64,000 nucleotides of DNA from positions 18,051,880 through 18,115,879 of the forward strand of contig OZ316895.1 in NCBI GenBank assembly GCA_973895155.1, written 5' to 3'. This DNA comes from Marsupella aquatica (lineage: Eukaryota > Plantae > Marchantiophyta). The position numbers and the translations under genes were made by a program. How positions within the stretch are numbered: the first letter of the stretch is position 1; each line of letters starts with the position of its first letter. Shown here in pieces: positions 25,606 to 38,000 of this stretch. Below the pieces are notes generated by a model that was not told where the DNA came from, did no database searches, and was given only the letters and a program-made list of their open reading frames with translations.

Positions 25606-25619
25606 CGTTATCAGCACGA
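25606..25619 (+). other. Half-tRNA primer binding site (tRNA-Ile anticodon arm)
   Basis: CGTTATCAGCACGA directly after the LTR, as in Bianca elements. Confidence 0.75.
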
Positions 25620-25954
25620 CTCTATCCTTGGAGCACAATTCTTGATTTTTCCTTAAGCAATCGATTCAGTGAACCGATATGCACATTTTGAATTATTGAT
25701 TGAACCAAGGATCAATTTTTTTTTCTCAAACGACACCTTGAAGGATCAGGAGCGCTGACATCTGAACACCGAATACCCACATTGAAATTTGCTCTTTGAT
25801 CAATACGAGGAAGTTTCTTCTTCACCGTTTTCTTTCCATTTGAATTTCTTAGACCTCAATGCCACAACTGATTTAAAGAATTCAGGCAGAGCATAACTCA
25901 CAAATCGCTTGATATAACTTGATTTGAGATCCTATCATCATAACTTCCATCACC

Positions 25955-27312
25955 ATGAATTCGATAGAGAAGCTTCAATTTAAGGCTCTAACTATTGATG
26001 GTGCCAATTATTTATCCTGGTCACTTGATGTCGAAGCATATCTTTACTCAAAAGACCTACAGGACACTATTTTAACCGATGCAGGCCTAACATTACAGCA
26101 AAAGGCGAGAGCATTAATCTTCATACGCCACCACCTTGTAGAGCCACTCAAGATTCAATATCTCAATCAATACAACCCCCGAATTCTTTGGGAAGATCTC
26201 AAATCACGGTTCGATCACATGAGCCTAGTCTCTCTGCCGGCCGCACGCCACGACTGGATAAATTTGCGTGTACAGGACCACACTTCTATATCAAACTACA
26301 ACGGAGAACTTTTTCGCATCACCTCTCAACTCGCAATCTGTGGCCACCTAGTTAATGACGCCGAGCAGATTGAAAGAACCCTATCAACGTTCAGTGCCGA
26401 AAATCTCATCCTTGCATCCCAATACCGAAACATGGGTTTTACAAAATATTCCGAGCTAATTGCTCATATGCTTCTTGCTGAGAAGCACCAAATACTCCTA
26501 CTGGAAAATGCAAAATCTCGCCCACCAGGTACAGCCGCTCCACCACCCAAACCTGAAATCAATTTCAACAGACAAAATGATAAGATCCGAGGCAGAGGAC
26601 GTGGCACATTCAGGGGGAGAGGACAACGACCATTTATCAGAGGCAGAAACCAACAAAGGGGCAGAGGCTATGGACAATTCCATAATTTGGAATATCAATC
26701 TTCTGGACATTTTTATCGAGGAAGAGGACAACGTGGACGAGGTAATGGATACAGAGGCAGAGGCCGTAGCGGAGGCCGTGGCCGAGGACCTAATAGTTGG
26801 ACCAGAGAGAACGAAAATCTGACTGAATGTTTCAGGTGCGGCACAAAGGGTCACCTACAGAAAAATTGCCGATCTCCTGCCCACCTGGTCCAACTTTATA
26901 AACAAAGCATGGAATTACCTAGTAATGAAGCCCATGGAAACTATATGGAAACTACAGATGATATTGAGGGATATGCACCAGAAGTACATACTGCCCAATT
27001 AGGAGCTAATCCCTCTATGCTCGACGATCATCACAACTGTATTGTCGATAGCGGCACATCTCATTCCATCCTACGCCATAAAGATTATTTCCTACGTATC
27101 ACTCCATCCCACAGATCCATGACAACCATAACTGGACCTAATCATATAGAGGAAGGTTATGGTCCAGCACAAGTCAGATTCCCCAAGGGTACAATTCTCC
27201 ACATAGACTCCGCCATTTATGCTCCGCGGGCTACTCGAAACCTGATAAGTTTCAGTGATATACGCGCCAATAAATTCCACATTCATACAGAGACATGTGG
27301 CAACCGGAGGTC
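25955..27312 (+). pseudogene. gag: Copia gag-protease, interrupted by element A
   Basis: RG-rich tract, knuckle CFRCGTKGHLQKNC and protease motif CIVDSGTSHSI. Confidence 0.92.
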
Positions 27313-30300
27313 TGTGATGCCTAGACAGGAATCACTCGGCCAGTTAAGTGGGTAAAGCAGGAAGGCACCCTAGGAACACCTTAGTATAGGGACAAAACAA
27401 GGAAAATATAAACCATTAGGGGCAACCATGGAACCCGGGCCGAGGCCGGAGGTAAGGACGCTGAGGGTGAAAACTCGATTAGGGTCAGGGCGCGTTAAGC
27501 GTCGGCGGCTAGGAAGGATCAACGAGAAGAAGAACCGGCAGAGGAGAGGGGTAAGGAGCGCTTGCAGGAGATGGTGGCTCATTTGCGAGCACGAACTAGG
27601 CAGACGACTACGGGAGGCCAACTACTGTCAGCTGCTTAGGCAAGCACTCGGGGAGAGAGTAGATACCGACGATCGACCTAAGGAGGGTATGAGCAACGTC
27701 AATCAAGCGGCACATTTCTGGGGATGCCTGTTCGAACGGGCAACTGAGTACATCAAGACTTACGAGGACGAGGAATCAGAAAGGGCAGCTCGAGAACGGC
27801 AGGAGCTCGCTCGATTGTGGGAGCTGCAGAAGACGGCTTTCTTAGGAGGCGAACTCATCAAGGACGAGTTCCTGTGGACGCCTACTTCCAATCAACTCGA
27901 CGATCTTCTGTTTTGCAAAGACAGCGTCGTCGGCATCCGAGAGGCCATCAAGAACTGCAACGACATACACTGGGAATTAAAGGGTAGCACGGAAAGGTGG
28001 ACCCAGGCAACGGTGCTAGGAGAAACCTCCACAGCAGCAGAGATGAAGAGGAAGGGAGCCGTCAACGATGAAGCCACCCCGGCAAAAAGAACGAGGTCGG
28101 CGGCACCAAAGAAGCCAGCCGAGCAGCAGAGCAGGAGGCAGGGAGAAGCCGAAGAGGAGGAGGTCGATCCCATCAAGGCCATTCCAACCAGGGATGACAC
28201 CTGGAAGGGCTGGGCGGCAACCCTACCGGTGGAGGTGCAACTACATTTTGCATGGGAGGAGGATGCATGCTTCACGGCCATGCAGACCAAGAAGTACCAA
28301 GGCTTCATGGCCGGATCCGGCTTAGAGGCCTTTGTAAGATTACCATGGCTGAAGCCGGAGGTACCGGAGTCAGACCTATTAGAATTCGTGGGGTCATGGG
28401 AACCCGAGACCAATTGCACGAGGATATATGGGAAGGATTTCTATCTTACTCCCAAGGTAATTGCCGAAGTGTTTGGCTTGCCGATAGGCAATAAGACCAA
28501 ATTTGATACCAGGAAGACCTTACCTGACAAGGAGTTCCGGTCGTTCCCCGGGCCATCAATGAAGAATGGCTTCTTCCGGAACACCTGCACCAACCCGCAC
28601 ATAGGAGAGATGATCGACTTCTTGCGGGTGACCATGCATTGTAACTTGCCGAGGGCAGAGATCGGCAAGGCACAGGTCTATCTGGCAGAAAGGCCAAACC
28701 CAAGCCGGGACTACAACGGGTACCTCCTCAACCAATTGAAGAAGATCTTAAAGGAGGAGCAACAGGTAATCGGCATGGGGAGCGTGTCGCGGCTTGGCTA
28801 TCACATGCCGCTGTTGTGCCGGTATGCCAGAGGTCAGACTTTTGCCCCGGTACTTCCCCTGCAGGTAAGGGCACCCGAGGAAGCTCCAACGCCGAGGCCG
28901 TTGGCTGAGAAGCCTCAACCACCTGTTAGCCCTACGATCGAGCAGGTGTTTAGGCCCAGGAAGGAGGACTTGCCAATGCAGCAACCAGGCATGCAGAGTC
29001 TGCTGAAACTACTGGAGAACGAAAAGAAATCGGCATCGGCAACAACAACGGCAACGGCAACAATGCAGGACACTACTACAAAGGTAGGCCTACACCGGCT
29101 CACAAGAGAAAACCCCTTTGCTGGAGACAAGGAGAGAATCAGGTCGGAATCCAAGCCCGGTGTTCAAATGTATGTGGGAATCTCAAGCTCCGAATCTGAG
29201 GCAGAATTTCCTGAAGCTCCTACCGACGAAGAGGAGAGGGAGAAGCCGGACGGCCAAGAAGTAGAGGAGGCAGTGGAGGACTGCAACCATGATAATTCCG
29301 GCTATGGGTCGGACCATCACGTCCCAGGAGTAAGGACCTGTGGCCGGTTTGTCCCCACACTTCCAAGGGTAGTGCGAGGGGACCCCAACCAGCAGAGTAG
29401 CCCTGAGTCTCCCCCACCAGATGTTGCTCCCCCGAGCTTCGACGGCATAAAACAGACGGTGCAGGAATTTCAGGAGCGAATCAAGCAGGAAGAGGAGGCA
29501 GCCCTGGCTAGGGAAAAGGATTTACCAGGAGGAGATTGGCCGGAGGACATCAGGCGGCTAGCCAAAAAAGGAAGCAAACCTCTAGCCACGATTGAAGAGA
29601 TCCGCAAGACGGCTTGGGAGCAGAGGCCGCGATGGGCGATGCCGATTACTTCTACTTACTCCACCTATGCTAAGAATAGAGCCATGGAGTATGGTGAGAT
29701 GTGTGGGGAACTTGCGCTCGGCATCTTTGGAGAGGAGTTGGAGGTAGGACCCTTTTTCCATAGGGAGCAGTTGGAGAAGCACCAATTAGAAGAAGCGGTG
29801 GCTTTAGAGAGAAGCAAGAAGGACGAGGTCATTCGGCGGCTTAGGAGGATGGAAGCCGAGATTGAAGATCTAAGGGCGGCCAAGAAAGCCCAAGATGAAC
29901 TGCGGATTAAACGACATGAGCTGAACATCATGCAGGGGCAGTTGGACACTGCGCAGGCTGATAATCAGAATATCAAGGATAAATTGACTCAGACGCAGGG
30001 AGAGTTGGCCGACACGATCAAAGAGAGGGAGAAGTGGAAGCAAGAGCTGAAGAATACAGAGGAGGCCCACATAACAGCCTACAGCCGGGCCATGGCGGAG
30101 ACCCAAAGAAAGGAATGGGCGTTGAAGGGGGAGCTCGAGAAAATCCGCGGAGCCCTTGAGCAGAAGGAGGCCGAGTTAGGGAAATCCTATCAAGGGATTA
30201 TGGCGCTGCAGCAGGAGCTTGCGTCCCTGACGGCCAGCTTCAAGGCCGACCTAAGGGAGAAGGACGAGATGCTCGAACAGACTTACGCCAAGATGAACCA

Positions 30301-31975
30301 GATGGAGTCTGTCATCATTGCAGAGCTCGACAAGGAGCTAAGAGCAACCCAGGAGGAGAGGACTACCTTGAAACAAGAACGGGAGGAAGCCCAGAAGGAA
30401 CTAGAGGAGGCACGCAAGGACCTGGATAAGACCCAGGAGGAGTTGGAGGAAATCACGAGGAAGATGGAGAACCTCCAGCGGCGGGCCGACAACCAAACGG
30501 AGCGGCTGAAGAAACAAGCCGCAGTATTTAAGTGCTTGTCTTCATCAGGCCCAACTCCAATTGGGGCAACCAAGTTACCAGGAGTGGTACTGGCCGAAGA
30601 AAAAGCCGCGCCACCTGCACCAGTGCCGGAAGTAAGTGGGAAGGGGAAGGGACCAGCTGCCGAACCAGAAAAGAAGAAGAAGCGGAAACCTTCAGGGTCA
30701 AGGAGTAATCCGACTCCACAAGCCGTGGTGACCAAGGAGGTAGAACCAGCACCATCCTCCGACATGAATACGGCAATAGATCCCGCTATCATCACAGGTG
30801 GGGGTGGTGCGGCCCAAGCCGAACTACTCAGTAATGAGGCCGGTATCCCAGATCCGCCTCTTGAGCAGGCCGGGGAGACCCAAGCCGTGGCTGAGGCCGT
30901 AACCGGTTCCCGAGCCGATGCCGACGCCGATGGTGGACCCAGTCAGGCCGATGGAGAGTTGACTCAGTCAAGGGCAGGTAATCTGTCAGAGAATGAACCT
31001 ACGGCAGTGGCTGAGGAGGAAGCATTGGGGGCGTCCATTAAGGATCCACCACCGGTGTCATGACGGTGCAAGGGCGCCATTCCTTTTAGGGAGGGCGGAC
31101 GTGGAGGGAGGAGGCGTGAGTGGGCAGGGCGGGCGCTGATCTCCAAGTTTAGGATTAGGATCAGGACCAGGAGCGGCCCTGACACTTAGCTTAGTGGGAT
31201 TGCGGTTCCACTGGTAGGAGCAACACTTGTGCTCCTGCCTTGCTGTACATAGGTAGATTCGGGCAAGTAGATTACTGTTAAGTAGATTAGGCTTACGATG
31301 CAAAGAATGGCGGATCCACTACCAGGATAAGTACCTGGGCAGCGGGGAGCTCAGGGCCTCTTCTTTAGCAAGTTTTTAGTTTGCACCAGCCGGGTTGGGA
31401 TCAAGTAGTACGAGAAGCTCTCGGTTAGTCATACAGTGACCCTTGTGTATATTCATGTTTCCTCATGCCTAAGAGCTGAATAGAGTTGGCCTCACGGCTT
31501 AGTTCGCAGAACTTGTGTATGAGATGTACTGTTTGTATGGCAAGTGCATGGTATGACTCAGTCAGAATGAGTCATTTTGCTATTTGTGTGTCGCATTAAC
31601 TTGTGTGAAGAGTGCCCACATCAACCAAAAGGAAGGAAAGTAAGCAGGGGAGTGAGAGTTGGATGTGTCGAGCTGAGAGAGGTCTTAGCGGCTTAACCAA
31701 GCCTATTGGGGATCATTCCGGCGGCGGAATCCAAACATACCTAACAAGACGGAGGGGAAGACAGGGGAAGGCCTAGATTAGGCCGGCTACGTATCTCATG
31801 ACCCGATGAAGGATCTGTCCAGTATATGTGTGTAAAATGTTAATAGTAGTAGTAGAAGGTTAGCAGCGTCCCATGCTGCTAAGCCGCGGAAACGGCCTCG
31901 CCAAGCGCAAAACCTGCGGGAATCGGCTTGAGCTGGGGGGTTTCTTGGGTTTAGGGAGCCATGGCACGCACCACA
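27313..31975 (+). repeat. 5' LTR of element A (4663 bp)
   Basis: Same length as 38198-42860 with roughly 35 substitutions counted by eye; followed by the PBS. Confidence 0.97.
27428..31063 (+). CDS. LTR-encoded 1211-aa protein: globular domain, long coiled coil, NLS-like motifs
   Basis: Uninterrupted ORF starting 115 nt into the LTR; the true start could be the later in-frame ATG at 27689. Confidence 0.85.
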   Translation: MEPGPRPEVRTLRVKTRLGSGRVKRRRLGRINEKKNRQRRGVRSACRRWWLICEHELGRRLREANYCQLLRQALGERVDTDDRPKEGMSNVNQAAHFWGCLFERATEYIKTYEDEESERAARERQELARLWELQKTAFLGGELIKDEFLWTPTSNQLDDLLFCKDSVVGIREAIKNCNDIHWELKGSTERWTQATVLGETSTAAEMKRKGAVNDEATPAKRTRSAAPKKPAEQQSRRQGEAEEEEVDPIKAIPTRDDTWKGWAATLPVEVQLHFAWEEDACFTAMQTKKYQGFMAGSGLEAFVRLPWLKPEVPESDLLEFVGSWEPETNCTRIYGKDFYLTPKVIAEVFGLPIGNKTKFDTRKTLPDKEFRSFPGPSMKNGFFRNTCTNPHIGEMIDFLRVTMHCNLPRAEIGKAQVYLAERPNPSRDYNGYLLNQLKKILKEEQQVIGMGSVSRLGYHMPLLCRYARGQTFAPVLPLQVRAPEEAPTPRPLAEKPQPPVSPTIEQVFRPRKEDLPMQQPGMQSLLKLLENEKKSASATTTATATMQDTTTKVGLHRLTRENPFAGDKERIRSESKPGVQMYVGISSSESEAEFPEAPTDEEEREKPDGQEVEEAVEDCNHDNSGYGSDHHVPGVRTCGRFVPTLPRVVRGDPNQQSSPESPPPDVAPPSFDGIKQTVQEFQERIKQEEEAALAREKDLPGGDWPEDIRRLAKKGSKPLATIEEIRKTAWEQRPRWAMPITSTYSTYAKNRAMEYGEMCGELALGIFGEELEVGPFFHREQLEKHQLEEAVALERSKKDEVIRRLRRMEAEIEDLRAAKKAQDELRIKRHELNIMQGQLDTAQADNQNIKDKLTQTQGELADTIKEREKWKQELKNTEEAHITAYSRAMAETQRKEWALKGELEKIRGALEQKEAELGKSYQGIMALQQELASLTASFKADLREKDEMLEQTYAKMNQMESVIIAELDKELRATQEERTTLKQEREEAQKELEEARKDLDKTQEELEEITRKMENLQRRADNQTERLKKQAAVFKCLSSSGPTPIGATKLPGVVLAEEKAAPPAPVPEVSGKGKGPAAEPEKKKKRKPSGSRSNPTPQAVVTKEVEPAPSSDMNTAIDPAIITGGGGAAQAELLSNEAGIPDPPLEQAGETQAVAEAVTGSRADADADGGPSQADGELTQSRAGNLSENEPTAVAEEEALGASIKDPPPVS

Positions 31976-31979
31976 TTTT

Positions 31980-31997
31980 TGGCGCTAGATGGAGGGG
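31980..31997 (+). other. Primer binding site, probably tRNA-Asn
   Basis: TGGCGCTAGATGGAGGGG, one mismatch to the complement of the plant tRNA-Asn 3' end as I recall it (CCCTCCTTCTAGCG-CCA). Confidence 0.75.
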
Positions 31998-32044
31998 GCA
32001 TTTCTTAAGCCGTGAGATATGAAGTTAGAACGGAAGCGTAGGTA

Positions 32045-35000
32045 ATGACTGACCTTACGCCGAGGGAAGAAAGAGTGATTCAACGGGAGAGAGCTCGACT
32101 GCAGCAGCTCGCCGGGTGGCATGATACACAGCGACTGAGAGGGGCAGAAAGAGCTGGTAGCTCCGAAACTGGAAGTGGCGTCGAAGAAGACATACCAGAA
32201 GAAGAGTCGGTAAGGAGAAGTGAGTCTCCAACCGACATGGGGGAACCAGAGGCACGGCCAGACGAGAGGCCAGGGACCAGATTGAGCCAGCGGTCGCGCA
32301 TACATTACAAGGCATTTCATGGGAGAGGAGATGAGGATCCGGACGAATGGTTGGATGATTTCGAGGGAACCGCTGCAGCAAATGGAGAATCGGCCATCAA
32401 GATGCAGATTCTTCCCGGCCTGTTCAAGGGTGAGGCTAGGCCTTGGTACAGAGCATTAGATGTGGAAGATCAAGCCATCTGGGATATCTTCAAAACACTC
32501 TTTGTTAAGGAGTTTCGACCCATTGGAACTTCAGAACTAGCAGTGCTGAAGTTGGGACAACTTCGGTTCAAGGAGAACAAATCCTTCAGGAAGTTCTTGC
32601 AACGCTTTCAAAAACTAGTAAGACGTACAAAGACCAATGCATCTGAAGGTATGCAACTTCAATGGTTGGTGAATGCTTTGCCACAGAAGATGAGTTTTGC
32701 AATTAGGAAGGAGAACCCAGAGACCTTAGCCAAAGCAATTAAGGATATTCAATTATACATTACTGCGGATATCACAAGCCGGAAGAAACAGCTTAAGTCT
32801 GAGAGTTCCTCATCAGAAGAGGGATCACCCCATAAGAAAAAAGATAAGAAGAAGAAACATTCTAAGAAGTCTAGAAGTGATAAGTCAAGCTCGGATAGTG
32901 GGAGTAACAAGAGTGAGTCATCTTCTAGTTCTGAAGAAGAAAAAACTAGGAAAAGGAAGGGCAGAAGGAGAGGGAAGACGAAAGTCAAGCTGGAGGCTAA
33001 GCCACCAGATAACATCGTAGCCCTTACCGAGCAACTTAAGGCTATCATTGCAGAGGTAAAACCGAAGAAGAAGGTAGTACAGGAGGATAGCTCTGTATGG
33101 TGTGCCTTATGTTATAAAACCGGACACCATAAAGATGCGTGTCCTAAGCTTAATACTAATCATGTTCGGCATGTGGCCGAGATCAGACCATGTCAGGGAG
33201 AAGTAGAGTACTTTTTAGGAGATGCCGCTGATAGTGTTTTCGGCATCAGTGAGACTGGAGCACGAGACCTATCCAACAGACCTGCATCTCTATGGTCAGG
33301 GTTAAGGAACAATCCAGGAGAGATGTATCCTCGGATTATTCAGAACCCGTCAGTACCTCCTAGGCCGAATGTGCAAAGATTTGCGGCGTGCTATAATTGT
33401 GGTCAACCTGGCCATTTTGCTAGAGAATGCCCGAATGCACGCAAACAGGGTGATGGACAACCAGCTCAGCTATGTATGGGATGCCGACAGGAAGGTCATA
33501 TGCTAGGGCAATGTCCTACTTGGTTGGCAGGCCTGGCCGCAAATCATAAACTTTTGCCGGTCAAGATCCTACCGCCAGGCACTACCCCCGGAGGAGTTCA
33601 AATCAACCACATCGAACTAGGATGGCAAGAGGATGCCGAGGCAGAGTTCGTACCATCTGATGATGAGGCCGAAGCCCTATCAACCTTCTCAGAGGAGGAT
33701 TTAGATCATGATTGCTACCGGGTCTCTACTCGATCTACCAGAAGGAAGGAAAGGTGGGATAGGCTGGCCAAAAATAAAGGGAAGGTTACGGAGGAAAAGA
33801 TCGACTCTTCGTCAACATCAACAGAAGGAGAAGGGAGGGCTCTGGCAATACAGGTAAGCCATGAGCCCACCAGTGAAACCAATCCTTCACAAGATAGCGA
33901 CTTCAATCGAGATCATCCTAAGTTGTTCTACCCCTCTGTTACGGCTAGTGTTAAGGAACAACTAAGAGAATTAGAAACCCTGGAGAATACCGAAGCCATT
34001 GCCAAGGATGTAAAATGAGCAAAAGCATTGTTTGCTTCGGAAGACCCAACAGCTGTGGAGACTAGCGTGGCAAAACTGGCCGAATCCAAGAGGGAGACAC
34101 CACCAGAGGAGAAGCCGATTGTTCCCTATGACCTGGCTAAAGATGTACTAGAATCTAGAGTCTCGGCAACAGTAGGTCAACTATTGAAAAATAGCCCGTA
34201 CTTCCGGAAGCAATTAAGGAAGGCTATTCTCGGCAAGCCGAGATTACCCAAGGTAGCAACCAGATCCGACGTACTAATGATAGAAGAAGATCAAGGAGCC
34301 CCAGCATTACCATTAATGATTCAAGGAGAATTATTACTACGGGTACCCATCGATGGAGGATCAGGGGTATGTATTATGATTGATTCAACAGCAAAAGGGT
34401 GGGGTCTAACACCGGAGATGACTGGAAGAGTGTTGAACATGGCCAATGGATATCAGGTCATTCCTACGGGAGTGTTAACCGGCATCAAGACAGAGATAGG
34501 AGGTATCTTCTTTAGCATTAACTATGTAGTAATGAAGCCGGTAAATCCTACGTCATTCCGGCTATTGATTGGTAGGCCATGGCTGTACCTAGCCGAGGTA
34601 ATAGAAGATTGGGGTAAAAAGCAATTCACTTTCGGGACCCCCTCTATCACGGTATCCTGGGACACTAAGGATGACCGTAGGAAAAGCATAAGGGAAGTAG
34701 ATGGGTACGATAGTGGACTGGAGTCAGCCAATGAAGTACGTTGGTTAGAATGCCTCACTGACCTAACCGAAGAAAGTGTCTTTGGACCAGAGGTACCCCC
34801 CAGCGGATTATGGCAAGAACCAATGGAAGGTGACTTGGAAGAAGAAGACGAAGAGGTCGAGGACTGCTTTACAATAGAATCCACCTTTTTAGCTGCAATT
34901 CCGGAGGAAGTAAAGGATGTAGACCAATTGGATGAAACGGCTAAGTGGGGAGCAGTAGCAGGGACAGTGGATTTTCTGCAGGCGTTGTGGCAGAGCCGGC

Positions 35001-38000
35001 AGGGTTCACAACGCCATCGATCATCGGCAAGGAATTAAATACCAAGGGATCGGCATACAAGCCGATTACGAGGGCAGAACAAATTGAGGCCCTATTAGAA
35101 GCCGAGAGAGCATAGCGGCCTGACTCTCAGGAGCAAGAGGTGGATGAGATGGACAGACACAATCCAGAGCCAAGGCAGGAAGGGGAGCCGACCACCAATT
35201 CAAAACCGAATAGACCGGCAAGGGGACAATCTATGGACACCAAGGACGGGACCGACTCGGCTAGTCCAGCCGAGATTCCAGTTTATGGAGGTATGAGATT
35301 AGAGAGACTGGAAGCCGAACTGGACCCGAATTTGAAGAAGCAGATTAATATGATCCAAGCATGGCAATATCGGAAGCTCAACTTAGGAGAGGGAAGAGAA
35401 CTGAACTTAGGGAGAAACCTAGCACCTGAGCTCGAGAAAGAGATCAGTGACTTATTGATTGAATTTCAGGATGTGTTTGCACGGAGTCACCAAGATCTAA
35501 AGGGAGTAGATCCAACACTAGGGGAACATCGAATTGATCTCATGTTAGGAGCCAAATCATTTTGACAACCAATTCGAAGGATGAACCCAAAATATTCCCT
35601 GCTGGTCAAAACAGAAATCGACAAACTAGTGGAAGCTGGATTCATCACTCCAGTCCTGCATTCAGACTGGGTGTCTCCAATTGTGATAGTTCCCAAGAAA
35701 GCTGGACCCGATGGTAAACCCAAGATCCGGGTTTGTCAGGATTACAGGAAGCTAAATGAAGCAACATTAAAAGACCATTTTCCTTTACCGTTTACTGATA
35801 TGGTACTAGACATGGTAGCCAGTCATGAACTATATTCATTCATGGATGGATACTCTGGTTATAACCAAATCAGGATTCGGCAGGAAGACCAAATCAAGAC
35901 GACCTTCATCACGGAATGGGGATCTATGTCTTCAATCGTATGTCGTTTGGACTTTGCAACGCACCAGCTATGTTCCAACGATTAATGGTGAACATTTTTC
36001 ATGATTACTTGAGAAAGTTCATGGAAATCTTCATTGATGACTTTGCAGTATTCGGGAAGGCATCGAAACATGCTAAATACCTCAGGAAAACCTTCATGAG
36101 ATGTAGAGAGGTGGGTCTCAAGTTACACCCAGATAAATGTTTTTTTGCAGTAACCGAGGGGGTGCTACTAGGTCACAAGGTATCAAGGAAGGGCATTGAG
36201 ATTGACAAAGGTAAGCTAGCAGTATGGCTAGATATCATGCAACCTAAGAACATAAAGGATGTAAGATCCTTCTTGGGATGCATTGGTTACTATCGCCAGT
36301 TCATCAAGGATTTTGCCAAGCTAGCTTTACCATTAACCAACATGCTCAAGGCAGGAGCAGACTTCGAACCCACACCCGAACGAGTCACAGCGGTGGTAGA
36401 ATTGAAGCAGATGTTAGTAGAGGCCCCAGTCATGATAGCACCGGACTGGAACAAAGATTTTCATGTTTTTGTAGATGTCTCGGGCTTCTGTATTGGCTCA
36501 GTACTAAGTCAGTTGGATGAGAAAGGAAGGGACCATCCCATATACTTCGCAAGCCGTCAGCTTGCCGATGCCGAACGGAACTACTCTACCACGGAAAGAG
36601 AAGCATTAGGAGTCATTTATTCTTGTAAAAAGTTTAGGCATTATTTACTAGGGTACAAGGTAATCTTTCATACTGATCATGAAAGTTTGAAGTACCTAGT
36701 CAATAAGCCGGACCTTACAGGCAGAGTAGCAAGATGGATTTTGCTATTACAGGAGTTTGACTATGAGCTGAGGATCAAGCCGGGAAAGTTACATGCCAAT
36801 GCCGACTTCTTTTCAAGGATCACAGGTAAACCTGCCACGGATTGCATCGATGATCGATTCCCCGACGAGGAGCTATTCGTTGTGGAAATAGCTGGTACAT
36901 GGTACCCTGAGATTTTACAATTTCTCAGCACTTCCAGATTACAGCCAGGATTAAGCCGAGAGCAAGCCGCAGTCTTTGTGCGGAAGGTCAGACAGTATCA
37001 GTGCATTAAAGGCATACTGCACAAGCATGGAATCAACGGCACGATTCAAAGGTGTTTAGAAAAGAGAGAGGTAAAACGAGTCCTACGGGCCATGCATGGA
37101 GAGGAGGCCGGAGGACATTTTGCCCAGTAACCACGTCTAAGAAGATATTAAATGCCGGTTACTGGTGGCCCACCTTGCACAAAGATGTCTATCAGTTTAT
37201 CAAACAATGCGATCCTTGTCAACGAGCGGGAGGACCAAGGGCGTCCACCAGACATCCACTGCACCCTATTCTACCTCTGGCACCATTCGAGAAGTGGGGT
37301 ATTGATTACATTGGACCTCTGAAACCACTGACCCACCCTCGACGGAACAAGTACATAATCCTGGCTACGGATTATGCAACTAAATGGGTAGAGGCCAGAC
37401 CAACAACGAAGGATGATGCAATTACTACGGCTAGATTCATGTATGAGCAGATCTTCACCAGGTATGGAGCACCCCTAGAATTAGTTAGTGATAGAGGAAC
37501 CCATTTTTTGAATGATATAATTAGTCATTTAAATGAGCAGTATTTAGTTAAACATAGGCCTACTACTCCCTACCATCCAAAGGCAAACGGGTTGACAGAA
37601 CGAGCAAACGGAATTATAGGAAAGATATTGAACAAGACAGTAGCTCAGAACAAACTCGATTGGGATGATAAATTGTTTGCTGCTGTTTTTGCTTACAATC
37701 TTGCCTATAAATCCACTACCGGTCATACACCCTTCTTCTTAACCTTTGGACAAGAAGCCCTGGTACCCATGCAACTTGAGATACCGACATTTCAAGTTAC
37801 AATTGAGGAAAGAGCCTCAGCGGAGGAGAGCCTAAAGGAACGAGAATATAGGTTAGAAGCTTTAGAGGAGGCGAGAATGATTTCAGCCGAGAGAGTAGAA
37901 TATAGACAGAATATCATGAAGCAGCAGTATGATAAAAAGTTAAAAGTAGTTAGTATTCATACCGGTAATCTTGTGCTACTTTATGACAGTAGGTATAGTA

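Noticed and set aside
27892-30795. Antisense ORFs (175 aa, 170 aa and others) repeated in each LTR copy
   Set aside because: Ser/Phe-rich shadows of the Glu/Lys-rich sense ORF; they recur only because the DNA is repeated.
27428-31063. Retroviral-type envelope glycoprotein, or a host myosin/SMC gene
   Set aside because: No signal peptide, transmembrane segment or ATPase motif is visible; the coiled-coil resemblance is only compositional.
34960-35140. Programmed -1 frameshift between protease and RT
   Set aside because: Both families change frame by -1 in this linker, but at apparently different positions, without a clear slippery heptamer and amid other lesions. A family consensus is needed to decide.
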